DNA from: a virus
Taxonomy: Duplodnaviria; Caudoviricetes
IMG/VR virus record: IMGVR_UViG_3300021387_000688
Length of the DNA stretch: 64,000 nucleotides
Strand: one strand, 5' to 3'
A program made the translations under genes and the position numbers. Of this stretch, positions 19,972-28,295 are shown piece by piece. A model generated the notes under the pieces. That model had not been told where the DNA came from and did not search any database. It worked only from the letters and a program-made list of their open reading frames with translations. Each line of letters opens with the position of its first letter. The stretch's first letter is position 1.

Positions 19972-20616
19972 TTAACGGCGTTCTTTAGCTATTTCTTTCC
20001 AACTTCTAGAATCTATTTCTTCTTCTGATATTTTATACTTTTTAAAAAGTTCCATGATAGATTTCTTTATATCATTTGTGCCTTTATTTGCCGACCATCT
20101 TTTACTTACAGAGAAATAAATATCTGAATTATTCATATTGGTAAATTCAAATTTGAAACCGGAATTTGTATAAAGGGTTGCGCTTCTTTTAACTGCAGTT
20201 AAGTAAGGCTGATATTGAGTCAAGTTTGCTAATAACTGAAAAGCTTCAAAAGCATGTTTATCCAAATTGGCTTCTTTAGATTCAGAACTAGATATTATCT
20301 GTATTTTGATTTCTTGGGCTGCAATAAGAGAATTGTCTAACTTTTCTTTTGTTAAGAAATCTACTATTTGTTGCATTCTATTGTATGCCGCGAAATTCTT
20401 ATCTTTGTTTTCGATCAAACTTGTAGAAGGTGGAGGTAATTGATAATCAGTTACATCTTTAATACGTACATCGTTTTTAGGATTAACTAATTCTTCTCCA
20501 TTATGGGAGTAATAAGATATACTAGTTACTGAATATTCCAATTGGTCCACATCAACATCTTTTAGGATAGCTTGTATTTGTTCTTTAGATGTTTTTACTT
20601 TTAATTCTACTTCCAT
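19972..20616 (-). CDS. CYTH (class IV adenylate cyclase/triphosphatase)-like protein, degenerate
   Basis: N-terminal EVELK (ExExK) motif, YY, VRI, KR and a C-terminal RSW.EI pattern. Confidence 0.55.
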   Translation of the reverse strand: MEVELKVKTSKEQIQAILKDVDVDQLEYSVTSISYYSHNGEELVNPKNDVRIKDVTDYQLPPPSTSLIENKDKNFAAYNRMQQIVDFLTKEKLDNSLIAAQEIKIQIISSSESKEANLDKHAFEAFQLLANLTQYQPYLTAVKRSATLYTNSGFKFEFTNMNNSDIYFSVSKRWSANKGTNDIKKSIMELFKKYKISEEEIDSRSWKEIAKERR

Positions 20617-20624
20617 TTTTTATA

Positions 20625-21611
20625 TCAACCCCCTACGGGCCAAATTACTTTACCTTCATTAACGTGAAGAGTTTTCTTTTGCCTTTCCAAACATTTAGCA
20701 TATTCTTCTTTATCTTCTTCGTAAACCCAATCAGGTACAGTTGCATCCTTTTCAGCGAAATACTTATAAGATTGATTAAATGCATTTTCTATACATCTTC
20801 TGGCTTCAGTTTCCTGTTCCATTTTCTCATCATCGTCTTCTTCATCACTACCTGCAAGTACACAAGAATATGGGTTGCAAAGCCATTCACCTGCTTTAGG
20901 CCTACCATCTTTTGGTTTACGACATACGGCTGCATAAAACTCTTCATGGTCATAACAACCTAAACTAAACCAATCGTTTTCATCTGAAGTTTCACTAAGG
21001 TAATGGTCTTTTATATAATACTTAAATTCAATTTCGACTTTTGGTCCTTCTTCAATTTCTTCGTTTTCTTTTAAGAAATATGAAATAACCCATTCCACGC
21101 TACCCTTAAGTATTGTTAAGTACTCCTGAAATTCTTCAATTAATTTATCATTTTCAGGCGCCAATTCTTTTTCATATTTTTTAAGGTCTTCTACATATTC
21201 ATTATAACGTTTTGCTTTTTCTTCAGTTAGTTCGAGTTTCTTCTTTTCATCTTTTGCATTTTCAGGATGTACCCATTGGGATTTGTCATAAGGAATTGTA
21301 TGCATCCTATCTGTAAAGAAGTGTTCTAATACAGTGCCGTAAAGATAAATGAATTTATCATTTAAAGTTTTATGGGGTACATAGCGTCTAACGGAAAAAG
21401 GAGCGTCGTCCAAATAGATATCATTACATTCCACTTTTATGTAGTAAGAACCATCTTCCTTCTTCCATCGTTCGCATTCCTTAAGAACATATTTATGATA
21501 TTCTTTCCAATCTTTCAAAGGGGATGCAACTACTAGTGCATGCGTACTGGAAGAATTTGTTTCAAAAACCCCTTCACGTATAGAAATAAACTTTTTCAAA
21601 AAATCAAACAT
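20625..21611 (-). CDS. Conserved phage protein of the R.GVFETNSSS.H type
   Basis: IREGVFETNSSSTH N-terminal motif; function unknown. Confidence 0.75.
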   Translation of the reverse strand: MFDFLKKFISIREGVFETNSSSTHALVVASPLKDWKEYHKYVLKECERWKKEDGSYYIKVECNDIYLDDAPFSVRRYVPHKTLNDKFIYLYGTVLEHFFTDRMHTIPYDKSQWVHPENAKDEKKKLELTEEKAKRYNEYVEDLKKYEKELAPENDKLIEEFQEYLTILKGSVEWVISYFLKENEEIEEGPKVEIEFKYYIKDHYLSETSDENDWFSLGCYDHEEFYAAVCRKPKDGRPKAGEWLCNPYSCVLAGSDEEDDDEKMEQETEARRCIENAFNQSYKYFAEKDATVPDWVYEEDKEEYAKCLERQKKTLHVNEGKVIWPVGG

Positions 21612-21621
21612 TTGAACTCCA

Positions 21622-21948
21622 TTAGAAATAAGGATCGTAATCGTCTACGGTGTTTCTTAAGCTGTTATAAAAATCACATCCAGAAAGTCCTTCTTCATAT
21701 TTGTCTAAGATATCAGAGATGTCGTTTTTGAATTCAATTGCACTATCTCTTGCACTTTCAACCTCATCTTCGAGATCTTCTATTCGGCCTGAATAGTCTT
21801 CAATTTCGACTTGATTTACTTTATCATAAATCTTTTGGGCCATATCTTCAATATCTGAATAATTATAAGGATACTCTTTATCTTTCTGTTCTTTAAGAAA
21901 ATCAATCAAAAGGTTTTCAACCTGCTTTAATACTACACCTTCTTCCAT
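21622..21948 (-). CDS. Acidic hypothetical protein
   Basis: 108-aa ORF, overlapping stop/start with the upstream gene. Confidence 0.7.
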   Translation of the reverse strand: MEEGVVLKQVENLLIDFLKEQKDKEYPYNYSDIEDMAQKIYDKVNQVEIEDYSGRIEDLEDEVESARDSAIEFKNDISDILDKYEEGLSGCDFYNSLRNTVDDYDPYF

Positions 21949-22205
21949 TATTTCTTACTCCTTTTTTCTTTGATTGTTCCGTATTTATGTTTACCATTGT
22001 TCCAGTCATCATACAACTCTTTTGGAGTAGCATCTACGTCTATTTTGAAAACTTCTGGAGCTGGACCTTCTTTGAAAGAAAGTTTAACATAATCACTGCC
22101 GCCGTCAATTGCTACGTTTTGACAACTACACCAATGCATATCATGACGAGATCTTGAATAAATTGTGTCTCCGCACTTTGGGCATTTAATTGCATTTACT
22201 TTCAT
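21948..22205 (-). CDS. Small zinc-ribbon protein
   Basis: CPKCGD..YS....D...CSC....IDGG motif common in phage ORFs. Confidence 0.75.
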   Translation of the reverse strand: MKVNAIKCPKCGDTIYSRSRHDMHWCSCQNVAIDGGSDYVKLSFKEGPAPEVFKIDVDATPKELYDDWNNGKHKYGTIKEKRSKK

Positions 22206-22241
22206 TTTCGCTACCTTCCTTCATATTAATATAGAAGTTAA

Positions 22242-22508
22242 TTATTTGAATATTTCTTCTAAAGCTTCTTTATGTTCTTTCCAAAATTTATCTTCTTGTT
22301 CATTATACTTTTCTAAGGCTTGACGGTCAATTTCTTCAAGTTCTTTTAATCTTCTTTTGATATAAGCTTTAGTTCTTTTACAACCGTAAGTTCCATCTGC
22401 ATATTCAGTTCCAGGGTCTCTTTCTCCTGTAATGTTGCAAAAGATATCATCTGAATAACCATCCGGATCATAACAAACATGTAAGGCCGGGCATACTTCA
22501 CATCTCAT
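22242..22508 (-). CDS. Small Cys-containing hypothetical protein
   Basis: 88 aa, CxxC, GGAG RBS. Confidence 0.7.
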   Translation of the reverse strand: MRCEVCPALHVCYDPDGYSDDIFCNITGERDPGTEYADGTYGCKRTKAYIKRRLKELEEIDRQALEKYNEQEDKFWKEHKEALEEIFK

Positions 22509-22520
22509 AATTTCTCCAAT

Positions 22521-22617
22521 AAAAAAGGTCCTAGAATTTCTCCTAGGACCCTAAGGGAGGTACAAAACCTACATCTCCGAAGGAGTTCGTTGTAGATAAG
22601 ATCTACCGTTTTAGAAT
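22521..22617 (-). ncRNA. Candidate ~97-nt small RNA with an anti-Shine-Dalgarno motif
   Basis: Own TATAAT (22624-22629) and upstream TTTAGAAA box, internal hairpins, UUUUGUACCUCCC, then terminator GGUCCUAG-N8-CUAGGACC-UUUUUU; no credible ORF. Confidence 0.6.
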
Positions 22618-22651
22618 ATTCTTATTATAGAATATGCTCCCTTGTCCTTTT

Positions 22652-22930
22652 CTAAAGATCGAGTAATTCTTTAACTCTCTCTGTTACATAAAATCTTTTC
22701 TTTGAGTTTGGACCAGGCTGAGTGATGATGTATAGTTCACCATCTTTCTCTTTAATCAAACCTGTAGTAGTTGGAATACACTGACAGGTTGGTACCCATT
22801 TATTGTCCCCACTCAAATCTTTAGAATCCATGTCCATTACATAATCTACGTAGTGTGGCGTGTTCTGGACGGCAATGTGTGCTTCAGTAAGTTTGGTAAG
22901 CATCGCATCTGTAAATTCTCTAACTTCCAT
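22652..22930 (-). CDS. Hypothetical early protein
   Basis: 92 aa, GGAGG RBS, early-type promoter at about 22955-22990. Confidence 0.75.
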   Translation of the reverse strand: MEVREFTDAMLTKLTEAHIAVQNTPHYVDYVMDMDSKDLSGDNKWVPTCQCIPTTTGLIKEKDGELYIITQPGPNSKKRFYVTERVKELLDL

Positions 22931-23212
22931 ATGCAGACCTCCTCTACGTTATCAATATAGCTATTCTCGGAGCGGTAAATTTCAAAAATGTGAATAAATG
23001 TTTAGGTAAAAAAGTAACAAACAATATTTATATAAATTTAAAATTTTAAAATAAATATTTAGGGAATATTTTTACACATACATTTCAATAGTAATTCTAT
23101 ATAATATAAGGAATTAAGCCCGATTCCAGGAAATACCACCCTCATACATTTCAATTGAAAATAATTGAATAAAGTTAGAAACCCATCTATATAATTTAAT
23201 GAAAGGAATATT

Positions 23213-23815
23213 ATGAGCGAATTACTAAATGTGAAAGTAGATAGTTTGGAAAAAATCAATGAATATTTTTCTAATGAAGTTAAAAAACTAACTGGCGAAA
23301 ATTATAATTTATTTGATGATACTCTTGAAGGATTAGAAAAAGAAATTACTTTCGTAGAGGCCGAAGATTGCACCTACAATGTACCTGGCAATAATTCTAC
23401 TTATAAAAATGTAGTAAGAATGTCAGGGCTATGGTTACCAGATGATAGGTTTAATAAAATAAAAGAAGCTATAGATTATTTCTTTGATGATTATAAAGCT
23501 AAAACTATTTCTCAATTACAATTTAACCTTTTAGTTAAAGATTTAGAAAGCGGAAAAGAGTCTGCTACAATGTTAGAGAACAGGGATACTATCCATATAG
23601 CTTTTGTATCTTTAGGTGGTAGAATAACTAAAAGTTTTAGAAGGTCAATTATTTCTATTATATTTCAAGATGTAGAATATTATATTGTCAAAGTAGATAA
23701 AAGTATTTATTTTATGGTAAATGATGATACCGCAGATCTTTCTATAAAGAAGTCATTTGAAGAATTTGGTTTTAAAGATTTTATTGATAAGGACTTTGAC
23801 GAATTGGTAAATTAA
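23213..23815 (+). CDS. Hypothetical protein
   Basis: 200-aa ORF with AAGGA RBS. Confidence 0.7.
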   Translation: MSELLNVKVDSLEKINEYFSNEVKKLTGENYNLFDDTLEGLEKEITFVEAEDCTYNVPGNNSTYKNVVRMSGLWLPDDRFNKIKEAIDYFFDDYKAKTISQLQFNLLVKDLESGKESATMLENRDTIHIAFVSLGGRITKSFRRSIISIIFQDVEYYIVKVDKSIYFMVNDDTADLSIKKSFEEFGFKDFIDKDFDELVN

Positions 23816-23839
23816 AGGACCCCTCCACTATATATAAAA

Positions 23840-24100
23840 AAGAAAGCGGTACGACAGGTAGTTGCAATACCTGTACAGTCTATAGAATTTGCAACATTCG
23901 TGATAGACAAGAGCCCTATGAACTTAGTAACGGTTAGTAGTAAAACGAAGCTTTATGACTTCTAGGATGTATATGCCTAGGGGCCAGACGGGACGCGAAG
24001 AGTTGACAATGGTTCCGATGATGCAATAGGCCGATTGGCGCGGAGGAATTAGAGGCTACAGAGAGTTGACGTTCGCAATGGATGAAGGCTCTCATTTTTC
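23840..24100 (+). ncRNA. Candidate structured non-coding RNA or DNA element (unassigned)
   Basis: GC-richer than its flanks, no long ORF, several stems; strand inferred from the upstream TATATA and downstream T-tract. Confidence 0.45.
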
Positions 24101-24135
24101 TTTTCTATTATTTATCCTTCCTAACTAAATAATTC

Positions 24136-25587
24136 ATGAGCGAAGAAATAACTAAACAGGAAACTCCCCCTGAAGAACAAGTAGAAAAAACAGAAGTTAA
24201 AAAAATAAAAATAAAGAAATATAAGGATCAATCTGGTCAACTTGTTAAACCTGAAGCTCTCACAATCAAAAAAGTAACTACAAAAAAGGATGATGAAGGA
24301 AAGGAAACTTCAAAGACTGAGATTTTACCTTATGAAAACCCTACATTAAGTTTAGATACTACTTCACTCACTATAACTTCTGAGATACCTACATTATATA
24401 CTTCTCCTGAGCTTTCACTCGTTTCTAATGAACTAAACTCCTTTCAATCTCTTTTACCTGCAAATTCTATAAAGACTGAATCTTGGGATTGGGTAAAAAG
24501 TATGAGGGGTACAGACAATAATTGGTTAACAAATTTTGAAAAAGGGTGGAAAACATATTCTTTTGGTATACTAGATAATGCCGTGGAGGAATTTTCAAAA
24601 GGTACTCGATTATTAGCAGATGGCTTCGATGTTTCTAAATACCTTTGGGAAGATCTTTCTAAAGAACTTTCCAGGGAATTTGAAAGTTGGAAAAATCTTT
24701 TTACCGATTGGGATAATAATTATTGGAATGCTAACAATTGGTTAGGTGTAGTCGGAATCAATAAAGGTAAAAGTGATATAATGAAAGAAGCGCAGTACGA
24801 ATATTATATGACTGCGCAAAGAGATTTTGATTCCCCTGAATTAAAAGAAGAACTTGATAAAAAATTAGCTAAAAAATATACTACTGAAAAATTAGAAGAT
24901 TTAATTCCTAACAGCATGTATAATATCTTCTCTGATATTATGATGGATCCTGATGCAGAATTACAATATTTTATTGCATGGATATCTAGATCTAGAGAAG
25001 AGACTCCTATTAAAATATCAAAAGGAGGGCAAGAAGCAAAAGATGGAAAAAATGCAAATTATTTCTTTTATTTAAATGATATTGATTTTGCACCAGCCAC
25101 GAAATCTACTTCTACATTAAATTATGGGGGTATGGAAATTCAAGTATTCACAAACCACGTAGAAGGAAAGAATATAGGTAAGTTCAGTATGTTAGGGGAC
25201 TTAGGATTAAGTTTTTACAACTATGTGTTGAAAAACGGGTTAGGATATAATACAGAAAAAGGAACTTATTCTGATGTCATTGATACTAGAAAGTTTAGTA
25301 ATAGTAGTGAAGAATCTTCTTATGCAGTTAGAACAAAAGTAAAAGCGGAAGAAGAAACAAGTGCGCCTAAAGATTCTGGATTAGATTTGCACGTTATGAT
25401 TCCTGGTTGGTACCGTGACTCTACTAAAACATTTTACGTAAACCATTTTATTTTAAGGTCTATTAAGTTTACTAATATCAGTAATTTAGGATTTAGCCAG
25501 GAAGCTAAACAAATGGTACATTCTGTAGAATTTGATTATCTTAAAGCTTTATGGATTCATAACAGGCCTTTGACTTTTAAAGGCTAG
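24136..25587 (+). CDS. Putative virion protein, C-terminal half tail-tube/baseplate-like
   Basis: C-terminal pattern I.F..IS.L.F.......SVEFDY resembles gp19/gp54-type tube proteins; CTAAAT motif upstream. Confidence 0.45.
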   Translation: MSEEITKQETPPEEQVEKTEVKKIKIKKYKDQSGQLVKPEALTIKKVTTKKDDEGKETSKTEILPYENPTLSLDTTSLTITSEIPTLYTSPELSLVSNELNSFQSLLPANSIKTESWDWVKSMRGTDNNWLTNFEKGWKTYSFGILDNAVEEFSKGTRLLADGFDVSKYLWEDLSKELSREFESWKNLFTDWDNNYWNANNWLGVVGINKGKSDIMKEAQYEYYMTAQRDFDSPELKEELDKKLAKKYTTEKLEDLIPNSMYNIFSDIMMDPDAELQYFIAWISRSREETPIKISKGGQEAKDGKNANYFFYLNDIDFAPATKSTSTLNYGGMEIQVFTNHVEGKNIGKFSMLGDLGLSFYNYVLKNGLGYNTEKGTYSDVIDTRKFSNSSEESSYAVRTKVKAEEETSAPKDSGLDLHVMIPGWYRDSTKTFYVNHFILRSIKFTNISNLGFSQEAKQMVHSVEFDYLKALWIHNRPLTFKG

Positions 25588-27142
25588 TATAAGTAGCTGA
25601 TTTATTATCCTGTTGAGGTTTTTCTCCCTTAAATGCATTAACCATACTATTGTAAGATTTAGATACTTGTGTGGCATTAGATTTAATATTCTTAACAGAA
25701 GTAATTACATCATTTACTTTACCCCTAATTTCTGCAGGAACAGCATTGGAATATAATTTATGAGGATCAGTAAACATATCTGTAAAGTCTGACCAGGCCC
25801 CTCCAATATCTCCAAGATAACTGTTTGGATCAGACCACTTATTCTTTAAGTCTTCTACTTGTTCTGTCAAATCATTTTTCAAGTGATCAATAGCTTCTTT
25901 CCATGCATTTCCAGTTTCCCCAAATTCAATAGCAGTAGCTTCTACTGCACCGAATGTACTGGACAAACCTGCAAGGGTTGCATTAATTTGGTTTACAAGA
26001 TCAACAGAGGTTGCAGAAATACAATCGAAGTTTAATAAAGACCATAAGTATAATAATAACATTGCTACAATTTGGAATATAATAGCAGATACCCTTTGCA
26101 AACAATAAGAAATCAAAGAAGCTAGACATGGAGGGTTAATCCAACACAATTGAGCATCCTTTGCAATTGCAGCAGCTGCTTTTGCAATATTCAACATAGT
26201 AACAAATACTTGTATTAATATTTTTATAATCTTCAAAACGATTAAGATAATTCTCAACCAACTTAATTCAAGTTCTGGACAATCTGGGTTTGCATTAGCT
26301 CCAGGAGGTAAAGAATTGTCAAAATCCTCTTCTCCCTCTTCTGTACTATCTCCTAGATCTAGATCTACTTTTGCATATAAAGTAATATCCTTTCCTTTGA
26401 AGTGAAGTTTATTGTTAGTTAATTTTGTGTTGTAAGCTTCATCAAAATACCATCCTTTAAACTTGTAATTATTATTAGTAATTTGGAGAATGGCAATATT
26501 TTTAGGGCATTCATCTTTTGTATAAGTAGTAGGGTTACTAGAAGGGTTAGTACCTATTGCATTATCAAACACATAGGTAATGTTATAAGTTTTCTTAGAA
26601 GGGTCTTCTGGAGTAGTAGTGTTTGCACCTGAATCATCTTTTTCAACTTCATCCGGATTGTACTCAACTTCTACTTCTTCCATAAGAGGATCTTCTTCAT
26701 CTTCCTCTTCGATATCGAATTCATCTTTTTTACCAAGAGGAGACACTCCCTCGCAATTTAATTTAAAAGGTTTATTAAAAACATCGTCTCCATCGTCTGG
26801 ATCTTCAATGAAAGGTGTTAATTGACCGGCTTCAATAGAAAGGCCTTGATTTTCAACCAAACCAATTAAAGGGTTTTTATTGTAGAGTCTTTCAAGATTA
26901 TCTAAAGCAGATTGTAAACCTTCTACTGTAGGAATATCAATACTTGTAAGATTATCATCAGGTTCAATACCTAAAGACTCATAAGCATTTAATATCCTAT
27001 TTTTAACTCCACCTAATATTTCATTGAATTGGGATTCCAATTGAGTGTTTGAAGTAGGGTTTAAGTTATCAGTTGCTATTAAATTATAATCTGTAGCTGT
27101 ATATTTGTCATATACCCTTTTGGTTACCTTTCTAACGATCAT
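25577..27142 (-). CDS. Membrane-associated protein with one InlB B-repeat-like domain
   Basis: YNITY..NP..YT..Y.FKGWY..ITLYAK repeat, acidic linkers, hydrophobic helices. Confidence 0.6.
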   Translation of the reverse strand: MIVRKVTKRVYDKYTATDYNLIATDNLNPTSNTQLESQFNEILGGVKNRILNAYESLGIEPDDNLTSIDIPTVEGLQSALDNLERLYNKNPLIGLVENQGLSIEAGQLTPFIEDPDDGDDVFNKPFKLNCEGVSPLGKKDEFDIEEEDEEDPLMEEVEVEYNPDEVEKDDSGANTTTPEDPSKKTYNITYVFDNAIGTNPSSNPTTYTKDECPKNIAILQITNNNYKFKGWYFDEAYNTKLTNNKLHFKGKDITLYAKVDLDLGDSTEEGEEDFDNSLPPGANANPDCPELELSWLRIILIVLKIIKILIQVFVTMLNIAKAAAAIAKDAQLCWINPPCLASLISYCLQRVSAIIFQIVAMLLLYLWSLLNFDCISATSVDLVNQINATLAGLSSTFGAVEATAIEFGETGNAWKEAIDHLKNDLTEQVEDLKNKWSDPNSYLGDIGGAWSDFTDMFTDPHKLYSNAVPAEIRGKVNDVITSVKNIKSNATQVSKSYNSMVNAFKGEKPQQDNKSATYTSL

Positions 27143-27202
27143 TGTATTTTCAATTAGTCGATATCCTAGTTTTAAAATACGGGTTAAGCACTAATATAAG
27201 AT

Positions 27203-27643
27203 ATGAGCGAGCAAAATAAAATATTTGAAAAAGAAACGAGGATATATAAACATTACATAAATTCAGTGGAGAGGGACGCGGCATCTATTGATTTTATCAA
27301 AACCTTGTTCAAACTAGAACTTATCAATATGGACAAAACAGAAGAACAAGATTTAGTCCAATTGTATAACATTGTTGGTTTCGATGCATTCTTTGAAATG
27401 ATTGCATTGTTTAATTCTAAACCTATCAAGCTTCCAAGAGCAGATAAAATTAAAAAACTTTTAATAGTTGCGATTGCATATTACCATGTAGTTATGTTAG
27501 GCATTCCTCCAAAAGAAGTTGGAAAGATTTTAACAGACAAGCTTGGGGCATGCAATCTTAAACAAAAGAGTGTTAAAGCAATTGTTAATAAGTTACAGAA
27601 AGAATTGGAAGAGTTAGGATCTAAATACCGTAGAGAGGCATAA
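27203..27643 (+). CDS. Hypothetical protein (weakly Mor-like)
   Basis: LY..VG.D.F..MI..F....IKLP pattern; assignment tentative. Confidence 0.5.
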   Translation: MSEQNKIFEKETRIYKHYINSVERDAASIDFIKTLFKLELINMDKTEEQDLVQLYNIVGFDAFFEMIALFNSKPIKLPRADKIKKLLIVAIAYYHVVMLGIPPKEVGKILTDKLGACNLKQKSVKAIVNKLQKELEELGSKYRREA

Positions 27644-27644
27644 G

Positions 27645-28217
27645 ATGAGTGAGAATTTGATAAACGATGAAAATCAATTGGACTTAGCAACTCGTGCTCT
27701 TGCCACTATGGAAAAACAAGAACAAAAATCTGAAACATCAATGGAGCGCCTAGAAAACACTTTGATAGATTTTACCAAAGAATCTATGGCCCTTACTATA
27801 AAAAGTAACCATCTAACGGATGTATTGGAAAACGATTTTGCTAAAGGCGTGGAAGATGGTTCTTTATCTAATACAGAAAAGATAACAATTTACAATATTA
27901 AGAAATCAGCAGACAATGATAGGTTGTTTAAGATTATGTCAACTTCATTTGGAGTTATTAGTAATAAACAACAAGCTGAAATTCAAGCCGCTGCAAGAAG
28001 AGATGAGCAAGTTGCAAATCAAACACAAATCAACATTCATACAGGTAATACTAAAGATGCTGAAATAGCTTCTTCTGTGTCCGCCGCTGTAGTAAACGGT
28101 TCTAATGCTTTTAGTGGATTGTTAGCCGCTTTAGAGGATAGAGCTAAAAGAAGAGAAGCAGAAAAACAAAATGCCACTACAGTAGAAGTTGAAGTAAAAG
28201 ATGAAGAAAATGAATAA
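27645..28217 (+). CDS. Hypothetical helical protein
   Basis: 190-aa ORF coupled to the upstream gene. Confidence 0.7.
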   Translation: MSENLINDENQLDLATRALATMEKQEQKSETSMERLENTLIDFTKESMALTIKSNHLTDVLENDFAKGVEDGSLSNTEKITIYNIKKSADNDRLFKIMSTSFGVISNKQQAEIQAAARRDEQVANQTQINIHTGNTKDAEIASSVSAAVVNGSNAFSGLLAALEDRAKRREAEKQNATTVEVEVKDEENE

Positions 28218-28295
28218 AAATTAAAAGCCATTTAGGATACTCCTTCTATATTGTTCAACAAGATGCAGCACAAGCTGCGAAAAGGAGAAAAATAA

